Source of the DNA: an uncultured Candidatus Saccharibacteria bacterium
GTDB taxonomy: Bacteria; Patescibacteriota; Minisyncoccia; Phycocordibacterales; UBA12088
DNA: 64,000 nt
Direction of reading: 5' to 3'
Assembly: GCA_964531785.1 (NCBI GenBank)
Contig: CAZHFF010000001.1
Span: forward strand, 229,997-293,996
The notes beneath the pieces are model-generated. The model was not told the origin of the DNA. It searched no databases and was given only the letters and a program-made list of their open reading frames with translations. Made by a program: the position numbers and the translations under genes. The number at the start of each line of letters is the position of its first letter. Position 1 is the stretch's first letter. Positions 8,587 through 17,157 of the stretch are shown one piece after another.

Positions 8587-10356
8587 ATGTCTGTTGACCC
8601 GAATCAGCCCACCGTATACAGAGCTTCAGCATTCCTCGCCGATATGTGGCGTTTTGTACGGCCCTACCGCGTCCGATTCTGGGTAGGTAGTTTCATTCGT
8701 GTCGTGTCGGACCTCGTGTGGCTCTATCCGGTATATGGTACTGCGCAGGTAGTCGACCTCCTGAAGGTGCACGAGCCGGGCATGAGCCTGCAGCCGATCA
8801 TCACGATCGTGCTCCTCATGCTCGTTGCGGTCGTGGTCCGCTATGCGACCATATATGCAGCGAAGCGGATCCTTTTCGGAGTGAGCGAGAAGACGGCGCT
8901 CGATGCGCTTCGGGAGGGTGTTTACCACGCGTACCTCCTGCCGATCGCCTGGCACGAAGGACAGAACACGGGCAACAAGATGAAGCGTGCCGATCGCGGT
9001 GCGTACAGTCTTGACCGGGTGATCCGCATCTGGACCAATAATCTGCTCGAAATAGCGGTCAACTTCATCAGTATCACCCTGATATTCGCCAAGTTCGACC
9101 TCTTCGTCGCGATTGTCACCGTTGCCTTCCTGGGGTCGTTCTATTGCCTGTCGCGGTTCTTCATCGTGCGCGCTGCCCGTGTCTCGGAAGAGGTGAACAT
9201 CAAAGAGGAGTCGCTGCATGGCTTGCTCTATGAGGCACTGAACAACATCCGTACCGTGCAGGTGTTCGCACTAGCTCGGTCCCTCGATCGCGCGGTGCAG
9301 GGTTCCATGGAGCTGCTCTACCGGAACATAGAACGGCGCATCGTCTGGTTCCAGAGCGGCAATGCGACGAGGGGTGCCTATGGTCAGGTGTTCCGGGTGG
9401 CAATGATGGCGTACATCATCTACGGGATAACCCAAGGCGCGTACGAGGTCGGTTTCCTGGTGCTCTTCGTACTCTATTTTGGCAATTTGCTCCGATCGGT
9501 CCAAGAGCTGTCCGATGTGACGCAAGAGCTGGTCATCGCGAAGTACGCGTTCGGACGCCTGATGACCGACCTCGATACGCCGGTGCGCGAAGCGCTCTCT
9601 GCCGGTACGGCACAGACACCTGCAGGGTGGAAGGAGATAGTGGTGGAGCGCCTCTCGTTCTCGTACCAAGATCGTCCCGTGCTTAGAGATGTGTCGTTCA
9701 CGATCCGGCGCGGCGAGCGTGTCGGTCTGGTCGGCCTATCGGGTGCGGGAAAGTCAACGTTGCTTAAACTCTTCCTGCGTGAGCACGAGCTTCAAGAGGG
9801 CATGATCACCATAGGCGACGTACCGCTTGCTGAGATCGCGCTCGACGATTGGCTCGGCCATACGACCATTGTGCTGCAGGACACTGAAGTGTTCAACATG
9901 AGCCTCCGTGAGAACATTACGATTACCAACGCTGCTCGGAAGGGTGACCACGCGCTTCTTGTACGATCGCTCGCGATAGCGCATCTCAACGATGTGGTGG
10001 CTCGCCTGCCGCACGGACTCGAAACCCCGATAGGGGAGAAAGGTGTACGGCTCTCCGGCGGTGAACGGCAGCGTCTGGGTATCGCGCGCGCGGTGTTCAA
10101 GGAACCGCAGTTCCTCCTGCTCGACGAGGCAACAAGCCATCTCGATGTCGAGTCGGAGGAGAAGATCAAGCAGTCCTTGCGTGACTTTTTCCAGGGCATC
10201 ACCGCGCTCGTGATCGCGCATCGGCTTACGACCATCCGTGAAATGGACCGCATTATCGTGCTCGAGAATGGATGTGTCGTTGAGGAGGGTACGTTCGAGG
10301 CGCTGTATGAGCGACGAGGCCGATTCTTCGAGCTCTGGGAAAAGCAGCACCTGTAA
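8587..10356 (+). CDS. ABC exporter, fused permease/ATPase (half-transporter 1)
   Basis: Six-TM domain, Walker A GLSGAGKST, signature LSGGERQR, Walker B LLLDEATS. Start at ATG 8587 (MSVDPNQ). Confidence 0.9.
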   Translation: MSVDPNQPTVYRASAFLADMWRFVRPYRVRFWVGSFIRVVSDLVWLYPVYGTAQVVDLLKVHEPGMSLQPIITIVLLMLVAVVVRYATIYAAKRILFGVSEKTALDALREGVYHAYLLPIAWHEGQNTGNKMKRADRGAYSLDRVIRIWTNNLLEIAVNFISITLIFAKFDLFVAIVTVAFLGSFYCLSRFFIVRAARVSEEVNIKEESLHGLLYEALNNIRTVQVFALARSLDRAVQGSMELLYRNIERRIVWFQSGNATRGAYGQVFRVAMMAYIIYGITQGAYEVGFLVLFVLYFGNLLRSVQELSDVTQELVIAKYAFGRLMTDLDTPVREALSAGTAQTPAGWKEIVVERLSFSYQDRPVLRDVSFTIRRGERVGLVGLSGAGKSTLLKLFLREHELQEGMITIGDVPLAEIALDDWLGHTTIVLQDTEVFNMSLRENITITNAARKGDHALLVRSLAIAHLNDVVARLPHGLETPIGEKGVRLSGGERQRLGIARAVFKEPQFLLLDEATSHLDVESEEKIKQSLRDFFQGITALVIAHRLTTIREMDRIIVLENGCVVEEGTFEALYERRGRFFELWEKQHL

Positions 10357-10541
10357 GAACGGCTGAGCTCGGGCGTCACATATGATATGAACAAGAACTG
10401 GACATGTCTCGCGTATCATGCCGCCATTGGTGGAGCGGCGCCTTTCACGACCCCGTTCATGCTCCCTGTGGGCATGTACGATGTCTATGATACGCAAAGG
10501 CAGTGTGCCTCGGCTACGTAACCGGTTTCGATACGTACTCG

Positions 10542-10571
10542 CATCACCCTGCCTTCCCGGTCAGGGTGATG
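10542..10571 (+). terminator. Hairpin between the two ABC genes
   Basis: CATCACCCTG-N10-CAGGGTGATG followed by TTCATTT, 20 nt after the 44-codon ORF. Confidence 0.4.
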
Positions 10572-10598
10572 TTCATTTACAGGTAAGGATAACTCGGT

Positions 10599-12383
10599 AT
10601 GGAACCGGTAAGGAAAACACTTGAACTGCGTTGGAAAGCCATTTTCCGCCACTACTGGCGTTTTGTGCGCCCCTACCTGCGATCCCAAGTGTACCTGGTC
10701 ATTGGTTACATGCTTGGTGGTATAGGCAGTGTCGTCATCGCGCGCATCATCTACAAAGACCTTGTGGACGTCGTTTCACAGGGTAGAGTGGATGCGTACG
10801 CTACGGCGACCCTGCTCATGTACGCGCTTGCCGGAACGGTATTCTTCTACAACGTTTTCTTCCGCATCGGCGACTACTATATGATAGTCTCGCAGAGCCG
10901 GATCCTGAAAGACCTGCACGATCATGTGCACGACGTACTCGAACGGCAGTCGCATGAATTCTTTACGAACACGTTCGCGGGAAGCTTGATCGCGAAGACA
11001 AGGCGGTTCGTGAACGCGTTCGAAACGCTGCATGATATTGTCGTTTTCCAGCTTGTGATGCACGGTATGCAGCTTATTGCTGCGATCGCGGTCCTCTGGT
11101 ACGAGTCGTATGTTCTCGGTCTCGTGTTCCTGGCGTGGTTCCTCATGTACTGTGTGCTCGTGCGCTACCTGGTCCGCTGGCAGGTCCCGAAAAGTCTTGC
11201 GAACGCGGAAATGGACACCAAGACCACTGCACACTACTCGGACATCATATCCAACATCCTGACGGTCAAGATGTTCGGCTCATCTCAGTATGAGATCGCG
11301 TCGTTCAAGAAGACCACGACCATACAGGAGCGGGCACGGCATGCCGCCTGGATGCAGCAAAGCTTTTGGAACAACCTCTACCAGGCGATCGCGGTCGGCG
11401 TGTTCGAGATCGCGATCATGTGGGTGGCGATCTGGCTCTGGCACCAGGGCATGGTCACGCCAGGGACGCTCGTGTTGGTGCAGGTGTACGTGATCCTGAG
11501 CTTCAACGTCGTGTGGCAGATGAGCAAGAACATCATCCGTGCCATGGCAGCGCTCTCGGATGCTAACGAGATGGTCGAGATACTCGACCGCGTGCCGACC
11601 GTAGAGGACCCAGTGGAGCCAGAAGCCGTGCGCTTCACCGAAGGGCGCCTCGAGCTTAGTGGTGTCACCCACCGTTACAACGGAAGCAACGGGAACATCT
11701 TCGAAGCGCTTGATCTCGTTATACCGGCAGGGCAGCGTGTTGCGCTTGTTGGACATTCCGGCGCAGGCAAGACCACGATCGTGAAATTGCTCTTGCGCTT
11801 CCTCGATGTCGAGGAGGGCTCGATAACGATCGACGGCCAGGATATACGGAACGTGAAGCAGGATGAGTTGCGACAGCACATTGCTTACGTGCCTCAGGAG
11901 CCGCTCCTGTTCCACCGAACGCTACGTGAGAATATTGCATATGCGAAGCCGGAGGCGACACTCGAAGAGGTGATCGAGGTCGCCAAGCGGGCCCATGCAC
12001 ATGAGTTCATCGAGAACCTTCCGCACGGGTACGACACGCTCGTGGGCGAGCGGGGCATCAAGCTCTCAGGAGGTGAGCGGCAGCGCGTGGCGATAGCCCG
12101 AGCCATGCTCACTGATGCGAAAGTAGTTATCCTCGACGAAGCCACGAGCTCGCTTGATTCACTGTCAGAGCAGTACATTCAGGCCGGGTTCGATGCGCTC
12201 ATGGAAGGGAGAACGACGATCGTCATTGCGCACCGCCTCTCGACCATCCAGCATATGGACCGGATCATTGTGCTCGACAAGGGCAAGGTTGTTGAAGACG
12301 GTATACACAGCGAGCTTATCGCGAATCAGGGCATCTATGCTGAGCTGTGGAAGGCCCAGGTCGGCGGCTTCATCAGCGAGTAA
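10599..12383 (+). CDS. ABC exporter, fused permease/ATPase (half-transporter 2)
   Basis: Walker A GHSGAGKTT, LSGGERQR, VILDEATS. Likely heterodimer partner of 8587..10356. Confidence 0.9.
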   Translation: MEPVRKTLELRWKAIFRHYWRFVRPYLRSQVYLVIGYMLGGIGSVVIARIIYKDLVDVVSQGRVDAYATATLLMYALAGTVFFYNVFFRIGDYYMIVSQSRILKDLHDHVHDVLERQSHEFFTNTFAGSLIAKTRRFVNAFETLHDIVVFQLVMHGMQLIAAIAVLWYESYVLGLVFLAWFLMYCVLVRYLVRWQVPKSLANAEMDTKTTAHYSDIISNILTVKMFGSSQYEIASFKKTTTIQERARHAAWMQQSFWNNLYQAIAVGVFEIAIMWVAIWLWHQGMVTPGTLVLVQVYVILSFNVVWQMSKNIIRAMAALSDANEMVEILDRVPTVEDPVEPEAVRFTEGRLELSGVTHRYNGSNGNIFEALDLVIPAGQRVALVGHSGAGKTTIVKLLLRFLDVEEGSITIDGQDIRNVKQDELRQHIAYVPQEPLLFHRTLRENIAYAKPEATLEEVIEVAKRAHAHEFIENLPHGYDTLVGERGIKLSGGERQRVAIARAMLTDAKVVILDEATSSLDSLSEQYIQAGFDALMEGRTTIVIAHRLSTIQHMDRIIVLDKGKVVEDGIHSELIANQGIYAELWKAQVGGFISE

Positions 12384-12469
12384 GGTACGCACCTCAAGAT
12401 CACCCCGCCACGTTTGGCGGGGTTGCTCGTTGGGTGTGTCACTGGTACGCTTGTAGGCACATGGATTCA

Positions 12470-13618
12470 GCTACGTCTGCGTACGCACGTGACGGAGTGA
12501 ATATACACGACGAAGAAGTGTGGAGTAAGACTGCACATGCATACTGTGCTGAAACCTACCACGCAAGTCCTTTTGTGTCGTTGCACACTACGAGTAAGGA
12601 CCATTTCCGCCTTGGCGGCGGATACACATGGACTTTCGAGGATGAACACATGTGGCACGACGTGGCTGCGGATGGACTTGGTACCAAGAGCGTACTCATT
12701 GCCGCGTCAGGTCGCTTTGAAGCCGCGGCGCATGATGTAGTTGCGATGGTGGCGCATGACCTGTTACGCGAGGGAGGAGTGCTCTCGCTGTTTACGACCG
12801 TCATCTCGGTCGACAAAGTTGGCGAGAATGATTCGCCGCAGCGTGCTGCGCTCGAACGCATATTCCGGGAGCTTACACGCATCGCACGTACGCACCGTTT
12901 CGTTCTCTATAAAGGTGAAACAGCGCAGGTCGGAGAGCTTTTATGTGCCGAAACGTTTGGTGATGTGCCGGTACGCTTCATGTGGGAAGGAGTAGGTCAT
13001 GGTGTTTTTCACCTAGAGCACCGGGTCCGTCGTGATGAGCTTAAGCCCGGACAAATCGTCATTGCGCTTCGTGAACACGGGTTCCGGTGTAACGGCATTT
13101 CAAGCGTACGTAAGGCACTTGAACATAAGTATGGTGGTACGTGGCAGAGCAATGAAGCTGCGCATGATGCGGTGTATGCAGCGGCGGCACCCTCGCTTCT
13201 GTACATGAGACTCCTTACTGATGTGCTTGGCTGGGGTGAAAAGGCGGCGTGTATGCCGATCTACGCGCTCGCTCACGTAACCGGAGGAGGTATACCAGGG
13301 AAGTTTGCAGAGGACCTCTTGTTTCCAGCAGGCCTTTCTGCTGAGCTAGATGATTTGTGGAAGCCAGCCGCCATTATGCAAGATTGTGCAGAGTGGCGGG
13401 GGATTTCGGAGGAGGAGAGCTATCGTGCATGGAACGGGGGGCAGGGTATGTTGGTCGTTCTCGACAGGAGCGACGTCGATCGTTGTCTCGCTTTGGCACA
13501 GGAACATATGATCGAAGCAAAGGTCTGCGGCGAGATCGTGAAGCGGTCAACACCGGAGCTCGTGATCCACTCAAAGTATACAAAAGGAGAAGTGCTTCGG
13601 TACAGACCCGAAAAATAA
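12470..13618 (+). CDS. AIR-synthase-related (PurM-like) protein
   Basis: PurM-type motifs DGLGTKS, GETAQ and HVTGGG. Collinear by eye with E. coli PurM. Confidence 0.6.
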   Translation, partial: ATSAYARDGVNIHDEEVWSKTAHAYCAETYHASPFVSLHTTSKDHFRLGGGYTWTFEDEHMWHDVAADGLGTKSVLIAASGRFEAAAHDVVAMVAHDLLREGGVLSLFTTVISVDKVGENDSPQRAALERIFRELTRIARTHRFVLYKGETAQVGELLCAETFGDVPVRFMWEGVGHGVFHLEHRVRRDELKPGQIVIALREHGFRCNGISSVRKALEHKYGGTWQSNEAAHDAVYAAAAPSLLYMRLLTDVLGWGEKAACMPIYALAHVTGGGIPGKFAEDLLFPAGLSAELDDLWKPAAIMQDCAEWRGISEEESYRAWNGGQGMLVVLDRSDVDRCLALAQEHMIEAKVCGEIVKRSTPELVIHSKYTKGEVLRYRPEK

Positions 13619-13629
13619 GGAGAACATAC

Positions 13630-13651
13630 GGAGCAGCTTGCGTGCCGCTCC
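13630..13651 (+). terminator. Weak hairpin after the PurM-like gene
   Basis: GGAGCAGC-N6-GCCGCTCC (one mismatch), then GACTCGTTTTC. Confidence 0.35.
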
Positions 13652-13689
13652 GACTCGTTTTCTAACCGCCTATCCACAGGCTGTTTTGT

Positions 13690-13718
13690 TTGACAGTGAA
13701 CACTCGTTCACCTACACT
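13690..13718 (+). promoter_or_regulatory. Sigma-70-type promoter TTGACA-N17-TACACT with embedded LexA (Cheo-type) box
   Basis: -35 at 13690-13695 and -10 at 13713-13718. The spacer contains the palindrome GTGAAC-ACTC-GTTCAC (13696-13711), which fits GAAC-N4-GTTC. Confidence 0.65.
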
Positions 13719-13746
13719 GAGGACATACCAGATAACAGCCGGGCGT

Positions 13747-14022
13747 ATGAGCAAGAACACCCTAACCAAAGAGATCATCCGTGAGCTTGAAAAGCTCAAT
13801 GACACGATCGATCGCAAGATCATCAAGGGGCTTTCCTACAAAACGGAGGCAAAACGCCATCGCGAGCTCACCGAAACCCTGCACCGGATCCGTGCGGAAA
13901 GCGAAGACGAACTGCTCGCGCACGCGGCGCACCGGTCAGGTCGTCGGGGCAAGAGTCCGGTGCGGAGAGAGCTTGCCGGGGGTGTCGTACGCAGGTTGTT
14001 CGGCTTCAGTCTCGCAGTATAG
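13747..14022 (+). CDS. Hypothetical small protein, first gene behind the SOS promoter
   Basis: ATG at 13747 lies downstream of the predicted TSS. Coiled-coil-like N-terminus, basic and hydrophobic C-terminus. Confidence 0.5.
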   Translation: MSKNTLTKEIIRELEKLNDTIDRKIIKGLSYKTEAKRHRELTETLHRIRAESEDELLAHAAHRSGRRGKSPVRRELAGGVVRRLFGFSLAV

Positions 14023-14074
14023 TGAGCTGCTCAGGCCGGCTTCCGATTTCCGCGCACTAAAAACATTCTTCAGC

Positions 14075-14527
14075 ATGTCGCACGAAACAAAGTTCAAGAT
14101 CATCGCGTCCGTCTATCTCGTGCTCGAGCGAGATGAGAAGAAGCTATTGATCCGTCGGTTCAGGACCGGTTTTGAAGACGGTAAGTATGCATTGGCCGCA
14201 GGGCATGTTGATGGTAATGAGACCATGCGCGAAGCACTGGTGAGGGAGGTCCGCGAGGAGATAGGTATTGAGCTTACTGTCGATGAGCTGGAGCTTGTCC
14301 ACACCATGCACCGCTTTTGCGGTGATCATGAGCGCGTAGATCTGTTCTTTAAAACGCGGGACTGGGAAGGGGAGCCTTGCAATATGGAACCGGAAAAATG
14401 TGATGACGTGCACTGGTTTCCTAACGACGCTCTGCCTGAGAATCTGGTGCAGTATGTCCGCGTTGCGCTCGGTCACATAGATGCGGGTGTGCAATACAGT
14501 GAGTTCGGATGGAGTTTGAATAGGTGA
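14075..14527 (+). CDS. NUDIX hydrolase (MutT-like)
   Basis: Nudix box GHVDGNETMREALVREVREEIGIE. Confidence 0.85.
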   Translation: MSHETKFKIIASVYLVLERDEKKLLIRRFRTGFEDGKYALAAGHVDGNETMREALVREVREEIGIELTVDELELVHTMHRFCGDHERVDLFFKTRDWEGEPCNMEPEKCDDVHWFPNDALPENLVQYVRVALGHIDAGVQYSEFGWSLNR

Positions 14528-14530
14528 CAT

Positions 14531-15100
14531 ATGGAACACTACAAAAAACAGCTCTACACCTTCTATCACACGCATCGTCGCATGCCCGGCTACAGCGAGA
14601 TGTGCGAGCTCTTCGGGTTCGCTTCGAAGAACGCGGTCGCCAAGGTGGTCGACAAGTTGGTCGATGCCGGGGTGATACACAAAGATGCAAAGGGAAAGCT
14701 GCTCCCGCTTTCGCTCGGCGACGAGGTGCCGCTTTTGGGGTATGTTGAGGCTGGCTTTCCGTCCCCTGCCGAGGAGATGGCGCTCGACAGGATCACGATG
14801 ACCGACCTCTTGCTCGACACCAAAGACCCGGTTTACCTCTTGCGCGTGAAGGGCGACTCCATGATCGACGCGGGTATCTTTGAGGGTGACCTCCTACTGG
14901 TGGAGCGTACCGAGCACGTTCGGGTCGGGGACATCGTGGTCGCGAACATGGACGGTGAGTGGACCGTGAAATACCTCCGGGAAAAGCGTGGCCGTCGCTA
15001 CCTAGAGCCTGCAAATGAGGACTATCCCGACCTATATCCTGAACACTCTTTAGAGATAGGGGGTGTGGTAAGGAATGTCATACGGACGTACAGAAAATAA
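14531..15100 (+). CDS. lexA: LexA repressor
   Basis: Winged-helix N-terminus, cleavage site VEAGFPSP, S24 catalytic GDSM and VKYL. Confidence 0.9.
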   Translation: MEHYKKQLYTFYHTHRRMPGYSEMCELFGFASKNAVAKVVDKLVDAGVIHKDAKGKLLPLSLGDEVPLLGYVEAGFPSPAEEMALDRITMTDLLLDTKDPVYLLRVKGDSMIDAGIFEGDLLLVERTEHVRVGDIVVANMDGEWTVKYLREKRGRRYLEPANEDYPDLYPEHSLEIGGVVRNVIRTYRK

Positions 15101-15548
15101 TTCAAAAGGCAAAAATCAAAATGCAAAATTACAGTTCAAATGTAAAAAGTGATCTACGCCAACGCTGCTATTCATTTAGTTTATCGATCATTAAGGTTGT
15201 TGACGGGTTGCCTAGCAAGAGAGCGGCGTGGGTGATAGCAGATCAGCTTATCAGGTCCTCCACATCTGTTGGGGCAAATTTAGTAGAAGGTAAATCAGCA
15301 AGTTCGCGACTCGAGTTCAAGAAGTTTTATGAGATCGCCCTTAAATCAGCAAATGAAACAAAATACTGGCTCTCTTTGTTAAAAGATGCAGGTTTATGTG
15401 ATCGTTCGCACGTTGAGCCGCTGATGAGCGAAATCGTAGAGATTAGTAACATGTTAGCAAGTGGAGTCATTAAACTTAAGCAGAAGGTGTGACTTTTTAC
15501 TTTTGCCTTGTATTTTTGACCTTTGCATTTTGAGTTTTGACTTCTAGC
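15101..15548 (+). mobile_element. AT-rich inverted-repeat-bounded unit carrying the four-helix-bundle gene
   Basis: Left arm 15101-15150 pairs with right arm 15492-15548: TCAAAATGCAAA with TTTGCATTTTGA, and GTAAAAAGT with ACTTTTTAC. The interior is visibly AT-richer than the flanks. Confidence 0.4.
15121..15492 (+). CDS. Four-helix-bundle protein (23S rRNA intervening-sequence protein / Avd-like family)
   Basis: Family hallmarks SFSLSIIKVVDGLP, SVGANLVEG and YEIALKSANETKYWLSLL. Confidence 0.9.
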   Translation: MQNYSSNVKSDLRQRCYSFSLSIIKVVDGLPSKRAAWVIADQLIRSSTSVGANLVEGKSASSRLEFKKFYEIALKSANETKYWLSLLKDAGLCDRSHVEPLMSEIVEISNMLASGVIKLKQKV

Positions 15549-15582
15549 ATAGGCTTAGACTTACTACTTTCTACTCTTTACT

Positions 15583-17037
15583 ATGCAAATAGACCCATCA
15601 ACCCCACTTGTCTTCATCGACCTGGAGACCACAGGCACGAGTCCTCGCCATCATCGAGTGATCGAGGTCGGTATCGTGCGTGTTGAAGAAGGGGAGGCGG
15701 TGAAGGAGTATAAAACACTTTTGAACCCAGGCGAGCTGGTGCCCGCGTTCGTTGCTTCGCTCACCGGCATCTCTACGGCGATGCTCCAGGGCGCACCACA
15801 GTTCGAGGACGTTGCCCTGGAGATCGCAGAGCTGCTCGAAGGAGCACTTTTTGTTGCGCATAATGCGCCATTCGATTACGGCTTTTTGGGAGCAGAGTTC
15901 CGTCGTATCGGCATGTCGTTCTCGTATCCGTACCTTTGCACAGCGAAACTCTCACGTGAACTGTATCCGGAGCACAGGCACCATAACCTTGATACGATCA
16001 TAGAACGCTATAGTCTCCAAGCGGGCGATAGGCACCGTGCTCTTGATGATGCAAAGGTGTTGCACCAGCTGTTGGGTGTCATGAGGAAGGAGCTCGGTGA
16101 TGAGCGAGTGTTCGAGGTGTGTCAGAACATGGTGCGTGTGCGCAACCTTCCGCTTCATATACAGGAGGAACAGGTAGCGCGCCTTCCGGAGCTTTGTGGT
16201 GTGTACTTTTTCTATGGAAAAAACGATGAGCTGTTGTACGTTGGCAAGAGCAGGAGAATACGCACCAGGGTTCGCTCCCATTTCTCTGCCGATGCGCTCT
16301 CCGGTAGGGGTCGTGACATGCTTTCCGAGATACGGCGCATCGAATACAAGGTAACGGCCGGTGAGCTCGGCGCGCTCTTGCTTGAGTCGCACCTCATCAA
16401 AACACAGTTGCCGGTATACAACGTGCGCGAACGGGAACGCAAGGCACTCTGTCTGGCGCGTGAACACACTGATGCCACAGGATATAGTCGTATCGCCATC
16501 GAGTACGCAGACACGATTGAACGCGGTGAGGAGGCAAGTATCGCAGCTGTTTTCAAAAGCAAGCGACAAGCAAAGGAAGTACTCGGACAGCTTGCAAAGG
16601 ACCATACCCTCTGCCCGACGCTTCTTGGTCTTGAGAAGCCTACTACTGAGAAGGCGCCATGTTTTAGCGCTCAGCTTGAGCAGTGTCAAGGTGCCTGTGC
16701 CGGAGTAGAGAAATCTCGCCATTATAACAAGCGTTTTCGATCAGCATTTTCACACCACCGTATAAAGGCATGGCCATTTGCGGGGCCAGTCGCTATCGAG
16801 GAAAAGAACCTCGACGGCTCGGGTGAGCTTTTTGTGGTCGATAACTGGCGTTTGCTCACCGCGCTCCATCTTGAGGACGGTGAATGGCAAGAGTTCGTTC
16901 CTGCGCGATTCCGGTTTGACTACGATGCCTACAAGATATTTTCGCGTGAGCTGTTACGCAGGAAACCTAAGGTACAGGTACGCGAGTTAACGTCTGTTGA
17001 ACAAGCTTGGTTAGAAGGAGCGAGCACTCCCCTATAA
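15583..17037 (+). CDS. DnaQ-type 3'-5' exonuclease fused to a GIY-YIG/UvrC-N-like nuclease (Cho / Rv2191-like)
   Basis: DEDDh motifs FIDLETTG, AHNAPFDYGFL and HRALDDA. GIY-YIG motifs GVYFFY..LLYVGKS..R.RV.SHF. Confidence 0.85.
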   Translation: MQIDPSTPLVFIDLETTGTSPRHHRVIEVGIVRVEEGEAVKEYKTLLNPGELVPAFVASLTGISTAMLQGAPQFEDVALEIAELLEGALFVAHNAPFDYGFLGAEFRRIGMSFSYPYLCTAKLSRELYPEHRHHNLDTIIERYSLQAGDRHRALDDAKVLHQLLGVMRKELGDERVFEVCQNMVRVRNLPLHIQEEQVARLPELCGVYFFYGKNDELLYVGKSRRIRTRVRSHFSADALSGRGRDMLSEIRRIEYKVTAGELGALLLESHLIKTQLPVYNVRERERKALCLAREHTDATGYSRIAIEYADTIERGEEASIAAVFKSKRQAKEVLGQLAKDHTLCPTLLGLEKPTTEKAPCFSAQLEQCQGACAGVEKSRHYNKRFRSAFSHHRIKAWPFAGPVAIEEKNLDGSGELFVVDNWRLLTALHLEDGEWQEFVPARFRFDYDAYKIFSRELLRRKPKVQVRELTSVEQAWLEGASTPL

Positions 17038-17044
17038 GTCACCT

Positions 17045-17157
17045 GTCAAATGTTTAAAGTCAAATGTACAAGTAAAAGATCAAAAAATTATCTGTTAGTG
17101 ATAGACATTTTGTTTGAAATATACTTTTGACCTCTGACCTTTAATCTTTGAAGTTCT
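17045..17157. repeat. Cargo-less member of the AT-rich inverted-repeat family
   Basis: Left arm GTCAAATGTTTAAAGTCAAATGTACAAGTAAAAGATCAAAAAA. Right arm CATTTTGTTTGAAATATACTTTTGACCTCTGACCTTTAATCTTTGAAGTTC. It abuts the ATG at 17158. Confidence 0.55.

Noticed and set aside
13073-13084. A second GAAC-N4-GTTC match (GAACACGGGTTC) inside the PurM-like CDS.
   Set aside because: It is intragenic, has no promoter context and lacks the extended GTGAAC/GTTCAC arms. About one chance match of an 8-base palindromic motif is expected in 64 kb.
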